DNA from: Candidatus Moraniibacteriota bacterium | GTDB lineage: Bacteria; Patescibacteriota; Minisyncoccia; Moranbacterales; UBA2206 | Direction of reading: 5' to 3' | NCBI GenBank assembly: GCA_003483065.1 | Contig: DMWY01000001.1 | Coordinates: 8,606-72,605 of the forward strand | DNA: 64,000 nucleotides | Part shown: in pieces, positions 18,162-27,835 of the stretch | Position numbering within the stretch: the stretch's first letter is position 1 | How the letters are laid out: every line of letters starts with the position of its first letter | Position numbers and translations under genes: made by a program | Notes under the pieces: generated by a model | The model's database searches: none | Told to the model about the DNA's origin: nothing | What the model saw: the letters and a program-made list of their open reading frames with translations, nothing else

Positions 18162-18839
18162 TCAAGAAATTATACTCCAAATCATTTTATATAATGTTTT
18201 GAGACCGGTGAGAAAATCTTGTTTTTGAATTTTGCCCATTGAATATTCGGTGTAGCGAACAGTGATTGGAACTTCCTTGTATTTTAGCTTATATTTTCTA
18301 ATTTCGCGAATTACTTCGCTGTCATATTCATAACGATCAGACTTAGTATTGATAACTTCGGCAGCGTGACGAGAGTAGGCGCGAAAGCCGGACTGGGAAT
18401 CGGTCACCCAAAGGCCATAGAGGTACCAGGTGAAAAAATTTCCAATTTTGTTGGCTAGAATTTTGTGTGCCGGCATACCTTTGGGGTTGAGAAGTCGAGT
18501 GCCGAGCACTACATCAAAATTTTCAAATTCAATCGGCGCGGTCAACCTAGCAATGTCGGCTGGATCATGCTGTCCATCACCGTCAAGTGTGACAATAATA
18601 TCCGCGCCCAAAATTTTGGCCGCTTCAATGCCGGTTTTAGTAGCGGCGCCTTTCCCGCGATTTAGGCGATGGCGAAAAACCAAACCACCCAAGATTTCTT
18701 GGGCTTTGGAAAAAGTGTCATCGACGCTTCCGTCATCAACTACGACGATGTTTTCATAACCGGACTTTTTGATTTCAGCTATGACATCGCAAATGACTTT
18801 TCCTTCATTGTAGGCCGGAATAACAATATATATTTTCAT
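18162..18839 (-). CDS. Glycosyltransferase family 2, soluble polyprenyl-phosphate sugar synthase-like (DPM1-like)
   Basis: IVIPAYNEGKVI, VVVDDGSVDDT and TLDGDGQHDP are present. The gene has markedly higher GC than its surroundings. Confidence 0.8.
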   Translation of the reverse strand: MKIYIVIPAYNEGKVICDVIAEIKKSGYENIVVVDDGSVDDTFSKAQEILGGLVFRHRLNRGKGAATKTGIEAAKILGADIIVTLDGDGQHDPADIARLTAPIEFENFDVVLGTRLLNPKGMPAHKILANKIGNFFTWYLYGLWVTDSQSGFRAYSRHAAEVINTKSDRYEYDSEVIREIRKYKLKYKEVPITVRYTEYSMGKIQKQDFLTGLKTLYKMIWSIIS

Positions 18840-18952
18840 TTTTCCAGTATAACATAAAAGCTGATTTTGGATAATTGCCGTTTTTTTGAAATTATAGTAT
18901 TATTTATTCATAGGGAGATAAGCAGCATCTTTAATTTTTTAAGTTTATTTTT

Positions 18953-19891
18953 ATGTCAGAAAACAAAAAAATATCAGTGGTAGTGCCGTTGTATAACGAA
19001 GAGGGGAATGTCAAAAATTTGCATGCTAAGATTCTGAGTGCTTGTCAGAATCTTGGTCGAGAATTTGAAATTATTTTTATTGATGATGGATCGAAAGATA
19101 AGACAGTGGAAAACTGCCAAGGACTTTCGCCATTGAAGCTGATTGAATTTAGAAGAAATTTTGGCCAAACCGCTGCTTTTGATGCGGGGATAAAAAATGC
19201 CGAAGGAGATATTATTATCACGATGGATGGTGATTTACAAAATGATCCGGCAGATATTGGGTTGCTTTTAGAAGAAATGGAAAAAGGTTTTGATATTGTT
19301 TCCGGTTGGAGATTTAACAGAAAAGATAATTTTTCTAAAAAGTTCTTTTCACGGGGAGCTAATCTGCTTCGAAAGATTTTGATTCACGACAAAATACATG
19401 ACAGTGGCTGTTCTTTGAAAGCTTATCGAAAAGAGTGTTTTGCGGACGTGGATCTTTTTGGTGAAATGCATCGTTTTATCCCGGCACTTTTAGAATTGCA
19501 GGGGTATAAGGTGGGAGAAGTGAAAGTCTCGCATCATCCACGAGTCAGTGGAGTGACGAAATATAATTGGAAGAGGGGAATGAAAGGTTTTGTGGATATG
19601 GTTTCTATTTGGTTTTGGGGAAAATATTCCAACAGGCCGTTGCATCTTTTTGGCGGTTCAGGAATAATTTTGTCCTTGGCTGGTTTTGGAATCTTGACTT
19701 GGATGGCGATTGGAAAGATATTTTTTGCTATGTCACTTTCACAAAAAATTTGGCCACTGATGGGTGTGTTTTTTATCATGATTGGCATCCAACTTTTCAT
19801 TTTCGGACTTTTAGCTGATATTCTTGTTAAGAATTATTACAAAAGCCAAAATAGAATGAACTACTCGATTAAAGAGATAAAAGAATCATGA
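18953..19891 (+). CDS. GtrB/ArnC-like GT2 polyprenyl-phosphate glycosyltransferase with two C-terminal TM helices
   Basis: VVPLYNEEGNV, IFIDDGSKDKT, TMDGDLQNDP and a C-terminal hydrophobic pair are present. Confidence 0.8.
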   Translation: MSENKKISVVVPLYNEEGNVKNLHAKILSACQNLGREFEIIFIDDGSKDKTVENCQGLSPLKLIEFRRNFGQTAAFDAGIKNAEGDIIITMDGDLQNDPADIGLLLEEMEKGFDIVSGWRFNRKDNFSKKFFSRGANLLRKILIHDKIHDSGCSLKAYRKECFADVDLFGEMHRFIPALLELQGYKVGEVKVSHHPRVSGVTKYNWKRGMKGFVDMVSIWFWGKYSNRPLHLFGGSGIILSLAGFGILTWMAIGKIFFAMSLSQKIWPLMGVFFIMIGIQLFIFGLLADILVKNYYKSQNRMNYSIKEIKES

Positions 19892-19979
19892 AGCATGAAG
19901 CATATAACATGAAACATAAAATTAATTAAAAAATAATTCGTAATTCGTACATTTGTATGGATTCGTAATTCGTAAGGGA

Positions 19980-21314
19980 ATGAAAATTGCAATTATTGGA
20001 ACGGGTTATGTGGGATCAGTGACGGGGGCTTGTTTTGCTGAAATGGGCAACACTGTCATTTGCGTGGATAATAATCCACAAAAAGTTGAACAATTCAGAA
20101 GTGGAAAAGTTCCACTGCACGAAAAAGGATTGGATGAGTTGGTGGCGCGAAACTTGAAAAATGAAACTTTGAATTTTACCACTAATTTGAAAGAGGCACT
20201 GGACGCTAGTGACATAGTTTTTATCGCGGTTGGTACTCCGCCCAATGAAGATGGCAGTGCTGACTTGAGTCACGTAATTGGTGTGGCAAAATCAATCGGA
20301 CAAATGATAGAACATGAACTGATTATTGTGGACAAATCAACTGTGCCAGTGGGAACGGCAGAATTAGTCAAAAAAACCATCAAAGAGGAACAAGAAATGC
20401 GGGGAGTGAATATTCCCTTTCATGTTGTGAGTAATCCTGAGTTTTTGGCGCAAGGAACGGCAGTAAAGGACTTTCTTGAGCCTAGTCGCATTGTGGTGGG
20501 GGCAGATGATGAGAAGACCCTAAAAGCAATGGAAGAGCTGTATGCGCCTTTTATGCGCCGGGAGGGTCGTTTTTATGCTATGGATCCAAAAACTGCTGAA
20601 ACAGTGAAGTATGCGGCTAACAGCTTTTTGGCAGCTAAGATATCAATCAACAATGAATTAGCTAATATTTGTGCCAGAGTGGGTGCGGATTTTGATTTAG
20701 TGAGGAAGGCAATGGGGGCCGATCCGAGAATTGGTGAGCCTTTTATGTATGCTGGTCCGGGGTTTGGTGGGAGTTGTTTTCCAAAGGATGTCAAAGCTCT
20801 CATTAAGATTGCCAAAGATTATGGCTATACAGCAGAAATGTTTTTGCAGACATTGGAAACTAATGAGAAACAAAAACATGTTCTGGCGGATATGGTGATA
20901 GAAAAATTTCCCGATAATTTAGAAGGCAAAATTTTCTCTGTTTGGGGTTTGGCTTTCAAGGCGGGGACAGATGATATGCGAGAATCTTCGGCGCTTACAA
21001 TCATCAACAAACTTATCGACAATGGCGCAAAAATTCAAGCCTATGATCCGGAAGCGATGAAGATGGCGAAAACTTCGGAGTATTTCGGCGACAATTCTGC
21101 AATTACTTATTTTGAAAATAAATATGAAGCGCTCAGTGGAACGGATGGACTTTTGATCATTACAGAATGGAAAGAATTTCGTACCCCGGATTTTTCTCAA
21201 ATGAAAAAAAATCTAAAACAGCCGTTGATTTTTGATGGCCGACTTATGTATGACGTCAAAAAGATGCAAGAGCTTGGTTTTGAATATCGTTCAATTGGAA
21301 GAAGAGTTGAATAA
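19980..21314 (+). CDS. ugd: UDP-glucose 6-dehydrogenase
   Basis: MKIAIIGTGYVGSVTGACFAEMGN is the Rossmann N-terminus. GGSCFPKDV contains the catalytic Cys. The ORF-track start at 19953 is a TTG extension. Confidence 0.9.
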   Translation: MKIAIIGTGYVGSVTGACFAEMGNTVICVDNNPQKVEQFRSGKVPLHEKGLDELVARNLKNETLNFTTNLKEALDASDIVFIAVGTPPNEDGSADLSHVIGVAKSIGQMIEHELIIVDKSTVPVGTAELVKKTIKEEQEMRGVNIPFHVVSNPEFLAQGTAVKDFLEPSRIVVGADDEKTLKAMEELYAPFMRREGRFYAMDPKTAETVKYAANSFLAAKISINNELANICARVGADFDLVRKAMGADPRIGEPFMYAGPGFGGSCFPKDVKALIKIAKDYGYTAEMFLQTLETNEKQKHVLADMVIEKFPDNLEGKIFSVWGLAFKAGTDDMRESSALTIINKLIDNGAKIQAYDPEAMKMAKTSEYFGDNSAITYFENKYEALSGTDGLLIITEWKEFRTPDFSQMKKNLKQPLIFDGRLMYDVKKMQELGFEYRSIGRRVE

Positions 21315-21316
21315 AA

Positions 21317-21736
21317 TTATTTTCTGAAAACTAATTTTTTTCGCATAAAGAAATTCCAAAAAAGAACAAAAATAACAGCGATAATTTTGGCTAGCATTAC
21401 GGGGAGGCCGAGTTTGTCAGACAGCGACCAAAGGATGAATTCTGTCCAAAGAAGTCCAATAGCACCAACAGAGGCAAAGATAATAAATTCTTTTTTGATT
21501 CTGCCACTACTTTCAAAAACAAAAAGAACATTAATGGTGAAATTAGTTAGTATCCCACAACAATAGCTCACTGCGGCTGCGACAAGGTGGTTGATATGCA
21601 AGAATTGGTACAGAGCGAAAAGAACTGAAAGATCAACAAGTGTGGCTGTTCCGCCCGCCACTAAATACCGGAGAAATTGATGAAAAGTCTTCTCCGGCTT
21701 TTTTTTGAGGAAATTTTTTATATCTTCAATTTGCAT
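21317..21736 (-). CDS. GtrA-family small membrane protein (polyprenyl-P-sugar flippase family)
   Basis: FLRYLVAGGTATLVDLSVLF is present, with 4 TM helices and ~140 aa. The ATG at 21734-21736 is preferred over the TTG at 21748. Confidence 0.65.
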   Translation of the reverse strand: MQIEDIKNFLKKKPEKTFHQFLRYLVAGGTATLVDLSVLFALYQFLHINHLVAAAVSYCCGILTNFTINVLFVFESSGRIKKEFIIFASVGAIGLLWTEFILWSLSDKLGLPVMLAKIIAVIFVLFWNFFMRKKLVFRK

Positions 21737-23639
21737 TTTGTTTTTCAATTAGTGGACTATTCTTTATCACTTTAACGAAATTTATTTCTCGTTGTCCGAT
21801 GATAACTTCAAATTCTGAACTTTTTGTGGAATATAGTTTTTCAAAATCAATTTTACCCACACCGCCATTGGACATCTTGAGGCTTCGACTCATTCGATCG
21901 GTAGAAATTACAAAATAGTCGAAATTATTTTCTTTGAAAGTTTTATTTTTAAAATCAATATAGCATTTGCCGACAAAAGCTTCACACACCGCTCCTTTGT
22001 CCGACCAAATTGTCATTTCGTGAGCACCTGGTAGATTATTGAGATAGCTTCCTACTTCGAAACTGCCTTCGCCCATTCCTTTCAAATTAACGATGTAATC
22101 TCTTGGTAATATTTCCGAAGCATAGGCGAGAAAATCAGGCTTAATTTGAAAAAGGCTAAACAAAAGAATTAGAATTGAAAAAACATAAGCGACGGGAAGT
22201 TTCCAATCTTCTTTTATTTTTATATATTTCAGAAGTTGAACCATTCCGATGGCGGCCATAACAAAAGTTAATGGATAAGTCATAATTTGATAGCGCACAG
22301 TTGTGGTGACATTGTTAAGGGCGGAACCGAGATAGAAAAATAAAATGAAAATAATTATATAGATGACCGTGATTAGATCGCGATCCATTTCTTTTTTGCG
22401 AAAAATGAAAAATATTGGCGCAAGCATTAATACTAAAATGAATGGCGAAATACTAAACATTAGACTGTATAGATCAGCAATCATAGAGCCGACGTATTGA
22501 TTGGCGATAATCCAAAAGGAACCCATTTTTTGAGTGGAAGTGATAGTTTTTACGCTGGCGTCAATTGTGTCAAGATCAATGCCGATTCCTTTGGGTGAAG
22601 AAATAAATTCTTGAATGTTATATATATCTATTTTTAAAAATACGTTCAGAAAAACAATGACGGTAAAGATGACAAAAATTGCAACAATTGAGCGGGAAAG
22701 AATTTTTTTGTAGCGAATTAGAAATTTGAAAATAAAAGCAAATATTCTGTTTTTCAAGAGAAATGTATCAATACCCAAAAGGAAAATTATTCCCACAAAA
22801 ATCGGCCAAGTTGAAGAAAAAACCGGATTGCCGATTGTAGCATTGAACAAAACGGAAATTTTTACCCAAGTAGCGGGGAAAAAAATAAAAGCAGTGGCAA
22901 TGGCGGTGGCAAACAAGGTCAAATAATTGACAAAAGATTGTTTTAGATATTTTTCAATTTCAATTTTTTGGTGGGCATACAGAATATATTCCAAAAAGAA
23001 AAGCAGAAAAAAATAGATAAAAAGCATATTGGCGACATATTTAGTGATGACCGAAAGCCCAAGAAAGACTCCTGACAAAATCAAATATTTTTTTTCGCCG
23101 GATTTGAAAAAATTGAACAAACTTAGCGTTGAAAGCGCAGTGAGGATCCAAAGTATGGCATCAGAATTGATGATGAGTGAAATTCCAAGCAGAATAGGGG
23201 AGAGGCCAATGAAAATCAAAGCAAAATTAGCGGTGTTTTCTCCTAATAATTTCTTGATAAGAAAATAGAAAATCGGTAAAACCAGAAGCGTGAAGATAAA
23301 AACTGGAAAACGAAGTTTGTGATAGATGTCGCGAATAGCATTGAGCTCAGAAACAGTTTTGGGTTCATAGCGAAGCTTGCCTAAATCTTTTATGTCTTGA
23401 GAAATGAATGGCAATCCAGCACCGGAAATTATCGCCAAGGGTATCCCAGGTTTGTCGCAGATATTGGTACTTTTCCAGTTTTGAGTTTTTATGCTTTTCC
23501 AAAATTGCGGTACGCGATCATATGACCAATATGGTTCATCCACACCAGAAAAATTTCGAAGACGTGGAAGTCCGAAATATAGACTGGAGATTATAACTAC
23601 GGCGAAAATTAGGATGGCGGTTATTTTTTTCTGATTCAT
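21726..23639 (-). CDS. GT-C fold glycosyltransferase, ArnT/PMT-like (COG1807-like), DE-type
   Basis: VDEPYWSY lies directly after TM1, then CDKPGIPLAI (compare hPPLgk of PMT/ArnT); there are more than 10 TM helices and a soluble C-terminal domain. Confidence 0.5.
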   Translation of the reverse strand: MNQKKITAILIFAVVIISSLYFGLPRLRNFSGVDEPYWSYDRVPQFWKSIKTQNWKSTNICDKPGIPLAIISGAGLPFISQDIKDLGKLRYEPKTVSELNAIRDIYHKLRFPVFIFTLLVLPIFYFLIKKLLGENTANFALIFIGLSPILLGISLIINSDAILWILTALSTLSLFNFFKSGEKKYLILSGVFLGLSVITKYVANMLFIYFFLLFFLEYILYAHQKIEIEKYLKQSFVNYLTLFATAIATAFIFFPATWVKISVLFNATIGNPVFSSTWPIFVGIIFLLGIDTFLLKNRIFAFIFKFLIRYKKILSRSIVAIFVIFTVIVFLNVFLKIDIYNIQEFISSPKGIGIDLDTIDASVKTITSTQKMGSFWIIANQYVGSMIADLYSLMFSISPFILVLMLAPIFFIFRKKEMDRDLITVIYIIIFILFFYLGSALNNVTTTVRYQIMTYPLTFVMAAIGMVQLLKYIKIKEDWKLPVAYVFSILILLFSLFQIKPDFLAYASEILPRDYIVNLKGMGEGSFEVGSYLNNLPGAHEMTIWSDKGAVCEAFVGKCYIDFKNKTFKENNFDYFVISTDRMSRSLKMSNGGVGKIDFEKLYSTKSSEFEVIIGQREINFVKVIKNSPLIEKQNAN

Positions 23640-23651
23640 TTTTTTGAATAT

Positions 23652-25526
23652 TTATTTATTTGCCGATTGGGCACTGGTTATTTTAACATAATTATTAGTT
23701 CGTCCGCCAATGATAATTTTAAAGTCGCTAGATTCCTTTCCAGAATACATTTTTGTGAGATTTACTAATTCTGTGCCAATTTTGTAGTCTTGTGTTCCCA
23801 CTACCTTCGCTTCGCTAAATACCTCGTCTCTCTCACTTCGCGAAGTTACAAAGTAGTCAAAAGTGAGATTATCTTTCGCTTGCTGAGAACACTTACCAAT
23901 AAATTTTTCGCAAACTTGTTTCTTATCTGAAAAAATAACTAAATCTTTCGCATCAGGCAAAGCATTGAGATATTCTGATGCTTCCCAAGATCCGTCGGCC
24001 ATATCTCTAGGGTTGACAATGTATTTTTGTGGTAGAATTTCTGAAGAATAGGAAAGAAAAAATGGTCTAATGGATCGAAGTGAAATAATTGAAGTTAAAA
24101 TAAGTAAGGTTATTAGGATATAAAAAGTAGTTTCAGGAAGATATTTCTGGATGCTTTTTGACTTTATGAATTCATGAAGTCCAATAGCGGCAAGAATTGA
24201 GGCGAGGGGATAGATAACAATTTGATAGCGGACAGTCGAACTTATATGTGCTATAGAATTAGCTAAATAGAAAACTAAAATAAATGAAAGTAGATTGAAG
24301 GCCATTAAGAGATTATTTTTTTCTTTGATATTCTTGGAGAAAATCAGAAAGAAAACAGCTGAAATGAGAAATAGCGTAGTTATTGGTGGAATACCATAAA
24401 TTAAAGGGTAAAAAGCTGATAATAGACTGCTTAAAAATTCTGCAAAGGATGATGTGTCAGCTTTAGGCATGAAATGAATTGTTTCAAAATCGTAGTACTT
24501 CATTTCCTGAATGACATTTATAAAAACAAAAAATATTAAAAATAATACAAAAGAACTGATGATTTTTATGAATATTGATTTGTGAGTGCGAAAAGGAGCG
24601 CATATTTTTTGGACAAAAAAGCTTTTGAGTATGAATATATCAGCTGAAATTATAGCTAACATCGCTAGAAACATTGGCCATATTCTTTCAAAAGCCATAC
24701 TGAGAATAGTCGTTTCAAGGAGGCTTTTTATCGGTTTTATCCAGGCATTGGGATAAAAAATCAAAATAGTCGCGATTGAAATTAGAACGAGAATAAAATA
24801 ATCCCGCATTGATTTTTTGAAATACTGAATATTTTCTTCCTTAGAACAATCATCTAGGATATATTTTAGAAAAATCAAAGCTAGAAAAAAAGGAAAAAGC
24901 AAATTTGCAACAAATTTATTCAAAATTGAAAAACCAAGAATAATTCCGGCAAGATATAGAAACTTTCTGTTATTCTCTTTTTGATAAACCAAAAAACTCA
25001 AAAGAGAAAAAGGCATCAAAATCCAAAGAATGGCATCAGTGTTTACGATTAGGGAAATGCCCAGGAGAATTGGGGAGAGTCCGATAAAAATGATTGATAG
25101 CAGGGCGATTTTTTCATTCCATAATCTTTTGATGAAAAAATAAAAAAATGGCAAGGATAACAATGTGAATATATATACCGGTAATCGCAAAACGAGATAG
25201 ATTTTCTTAATAGTAGCTAATTGTTCCGGTGTTTTTGCTTGGGAGCGTATTTTTTCATATTTCTGCGGATCAGGAATAAAAGGTAACCCGATACCGGAAA
25301 TAGCAGCCAATGTTACGCCTGGTTTGTCGCATAAGCTAGTGCCTTTCCAGTTACCCTTTTTTATACTTTTCCAAAATCTCGGCACTCGATCATATGACCA
25401 AAGCGCTTCGTCGATTGCGCTGAATTTTTCAATTCTAGGAATGCCAAAATAGAGGTTTACAGAAATCACTGCGATAAACACAAGAATAGCTGGTATTTCT
25501 TTTTTTATTTTTGAAAATTTAACCAT
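23652..25526 (-). CDS. GT-C fold glycosyltransferase, tandem paralog of 21726..23639
   Basis: IDEALWSYDRVPRFWKSIKKGNWKGTSLCDKPGVTLAAISGIGLPF is collinear with its neighbour. Confidence 0.5.
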   Translation of the reverse strand: MVKFSKIKKEIPAILVFIAVISVNLYFGIPRIEKFSAIDEALWSYDRVPRFWKSIKKGNWKGTSLCDKPGVTLAAISGIGLPFIPDPQKYEKIRSQAKTPEQLATIKKIYLVLRLPVYIFTLLSLPFFYFFIKRLWNEKIALLSIIFIGLSPILLGISLIVNTDAILWILMPFSLLSFLVYQKENNRKFLYLAGIILGFSILNKFVANLLFPFFLALIFLKYILDDCSKEENIQYFKKSMRDYFILVLISIATILIFYPNAWIKPIKSLLETTILSMAFERIWPMFLAMLAIISADIFILKSFFVQKICAPFRTHKSIFIKIISSFVLFLIFFVFINVIQEMKYYDFETIHFMPKADTSSFAEFLSSLLSAFYPLIYGIPPITTLFLISAVFFLIFSKNIKEKNNLLMAFNLLSFILVFYLANSIAHISSTVRYQIVIYPLASILAAIGLHEFIKSKSIQKYLPETTFYILITLLILTSIISLRSIRPFFLSYSSEILPQKYIVNPRDMADGSWEASEYLNALPDAKDLVIFSDKKQVCEKFIGKCSQQAKDNLTFDYFVTSRSERDEVFSEAKVVGTQDYKIGTELVNLTKMYSGKESSDFKIIIGGRTNNYVKITSAQSANK

Positions 25527-25561
25527 AGTAACAGTATAGTTTCAAAAAGCCAGTTTGTAAA

Positions 25562-27676
25562 CTATTTATTTTCAATTTTTCTTTTTTGAATATAGAAAAA
25601 TGAGCCAATAATAATTCCGGATATTAAGCTAAAAAATGTAGCAAAGTAGAAAGTTTTTGGGCAATAGCTGATTTCAATTAAATGATTGCCTTTTTCAAGT
25701 GGAAAATCAAAGAAAATTTCATTTTTTGTTATTTTGATTTTCCGACCATCAATTTTCACTTGCCAATTTTTATCATATTTTAGATAAGTGTTTATAATCT
25801 CATCAGAAGAATTGTTGATTTGCATAATCATATGCCCTTCTTCTTTTTTCAAGTAATGACCAGCTATGTTGTTTTTTATCAAATCGAGTTCATTATTATT
25901 ATCATTTAAATAAATAATTCTATCAGTATTGACTATGGAAGCGACTCCTGCCTTTTTTAAATTTTGGTAGTTTGGCGGTAATGCGTCATTGGAAGCAGGC
26001 ACTCCTCTTAACTTAATGCCTAATTTAGCATAATAATTAACATAGTTTTTTTCCTTGAGTTGGCTGTTTCCAAATGGACTCCAATTTTTATACAAAAGAG
26101 ACTCTGTTCCTACTATGGGAGTAGAATTTAATATAACTCTTTTGTTTTCTAATTCCTTAGGAATGGATGCTGTTTTATAATTGGATATATTATGTATTCT
26201 GGCGGACAGTACATCTTTACTAAAATAAATTAAATCAAAAAAAACTATTGCAATAAGAGCTATTTTGATTGATGGCAAGGCTTTGGCAAAAATGTGAGGG
26301 TGCCATTTTCTAAGAATAAATAACAAAAATAAAATACTAAACATTACTAGTACGATTATTTTGAGAATCGAAAAATATGGATAATTTTGAATATAATCAA
26401 ATGAGACATAGGAATTTATTTTTCTGGCAGTTCCTCCGGTTTCCGTACTTGCCAATACGAACATGTATATTATTGGAGATAATACAAGTAAAATGCCACT
26501 GCGTGTATTTCTAAAAGAAATCTCATTTAATTTTTCTATTAACATGGCCACCAAAAGAGCGATTCCGAAGCTGGAAAGTGCAGCGGTTCTTACCCATTCT
26601 CTAAAAAGTGTGATTATTGGCGTGTAGCTGGGAAATATTTTATTGTGATCCATAAAAGCAAATATCAAAAAAACCCATATAAATATAAAAGATAAAACAA
26701 TCTCCCTTGATTTTTTCAACATAAGTAAAGCCAAAACTGATAAAATCATAGAACTGATACCAAAATAGGTATATATTTCTCCATAACCAAAAGCATCAGT
26801 TATTTGTTGCCCTATGAAATTTTCATATTTTCCAAAGAGATAAGGAATAAAAGAAAAGACGGCCATGCGAGGGCTTAGGGAGCCCTTAAGATAATCTAGG
26901 TTGGAACTGCGCATACTTTGGTTGAATAACTCGTAAGTGGGTGCGAGTTGGGGAAGAGTTTCAAGAATAATTAGGGGAATGATAACTAAAAAATAAAAAA
27001 TAAATGTTCTAAGGGATATTTTTTTATAAGAAAAAACAATCATATATAAAAATATTCCTAAGCCAATAATGACTGCTGATTGCATATGCCCCCATAAAAT
27101 TGCATTGGCTATTACCAGAGATTGGAATAGAATATATCTGAATTTTTTCTTTTCAATAAAAAGATCCGCCAGGAGAAAGGCGGTCGGAATTAGATAAAGA
27201 GACATAGTCATATTGAAATGCACCTGATGATTAAGGAAAAAAGTGTTGAAATAAAATATTACATTTGCTGTGACAAAACCCAAAAGTCCAATGCCTCTGC
27301 GTTTTAACAGAAAATAAAGACTCAATGAGCCTAATAAATATTCGAATAAATGTAGTATCTTATAAGATAAGAGGGGACCAAAAATCAAAATACTCACATC
27401 ATTTAGCGGATTGAGAAAAGCGTTTTCCGGATCGGCATAAATAGGAAATCCAGAGTACATTCTTTCTGTCCAAAAAGGGAAGGAATGTTCCTGAGTAATT
27501 TTTTCATAAAAGTATGTTCTAGCAGGAACATGTTTTGTTTGTACATCAGATATTTTTCCCTCGCTACCCCAAAAAAAATTAGACGGAGTTAAGAATTGTC
27601 CAAAAAAAATAATGTATGTCAAGAATGAAAAACATACAGCGGATAAAAAAATTTTGTTACGAAGGATTATTCTCAT
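25562..27676 (-). CDS. YfhO-like large polytopic membrane glycosyltransferase (GT-C)
   Basis: The protein is 704 aa. The N-terminal FWTERMYSGFPIYADPENAFLNPLN resembles the YfhO W..g.P..a.p...f.P signature. Confidence 0.4.
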   Translation of the reverse strand: MRIILRNKIFLSAVCFSFLTYIIFFGQFLTPSNFFWGSEGKISDVQTKHVPARTYFYEKITQEHSFPFWTERMYSGFPIYADPENAFLNPLNDVSILIFGPLLSYKILHLFEYLLGSLSLYFLLKRRGIGLLGFVTANVIFYFNTFFLNHQVHFNMTMSLYLIPTAFLLADLFIEKKKFRYILFQSLVIANAILWGHMQSAVIIGLGIFLYMIVFSYKKISLRTFIFYFLVIIPLIILETLPQLAPTYELFNQSMRSSNLDYLKGSLSPRMAVFSFIPYLFGKYENFIGQQITDAFGYGEIYTYFGISSMILSVLALLMLKKSREIVLSFIFIWVFLIFAFMDHNKIFPSYTPIITLFREWVRTAALSSFGIALLVAMLIEKLNEISFRNTRSGILLVLSPIIYMFVLASTETGGTARKINSYVSFDYIQNYPYFSILKIIVLVMFSILFLLFILRKWHPHIFAKALPSIKIALIAIVFFDLIYFSKDVLSARIHNISNYKTASIPKELENKRVILNSTPIVGTESLLYKNWSPFGNSQLKEKNYVNYYAKLGIKLRGVPASNDALPPNYQNLKKAGVASIVNTDRIIYLNDNNNELDLIKNNIAGHYLKKEEGHMIMQINNSSDEIINTYLKYDKNWQVKIDGRKIKITKNEIFFDFPLEKGNHLIEISYCPKTFYFATFFSLISGIIIGSFFYIQKRKIENK

Positions 27677-27835
27677 TAGATTATAGAAATGTTATTGGAT
27701 TGATAAATTTTGTAACTATTAATATAATAGTAGGTATAGCTTACTCAGTCAATTTTCACCCTTTTTGCGCTTGCCGATATCGAAAGTTAATCCTATAATA
27801 AAAATGCAGTTTTAAATTTGAATTAAACTTAATTT

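Noticed and set aside
18430-18857. Several + strand ORFs (18430..18759, 18465..18665, 18669..18857) inside the GT2 gene
   Set aside because: They are antisense shadow ORFs in a locally GC-rich region. The minus-strand GT2 has clear family motifs and these have none.
19953-19979. N-terminal extensions from TTG starts in the ORF track (ugd 19953, pyrG 52280, GT2 49595, GtrA 21748)
   Set aside because: Family-typical N-termini begin at the downstream ATGs. The extensions overlap repeat or terminator sequence.
20006-21200. Minus-strand ORFs within ugd (20006..20245, 20573..20815, 20919..21200 and others)
   Set aside because: They are antisense to a confidently identified UDP-glucose dehydrogenase. 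They have no motifs or RBS.
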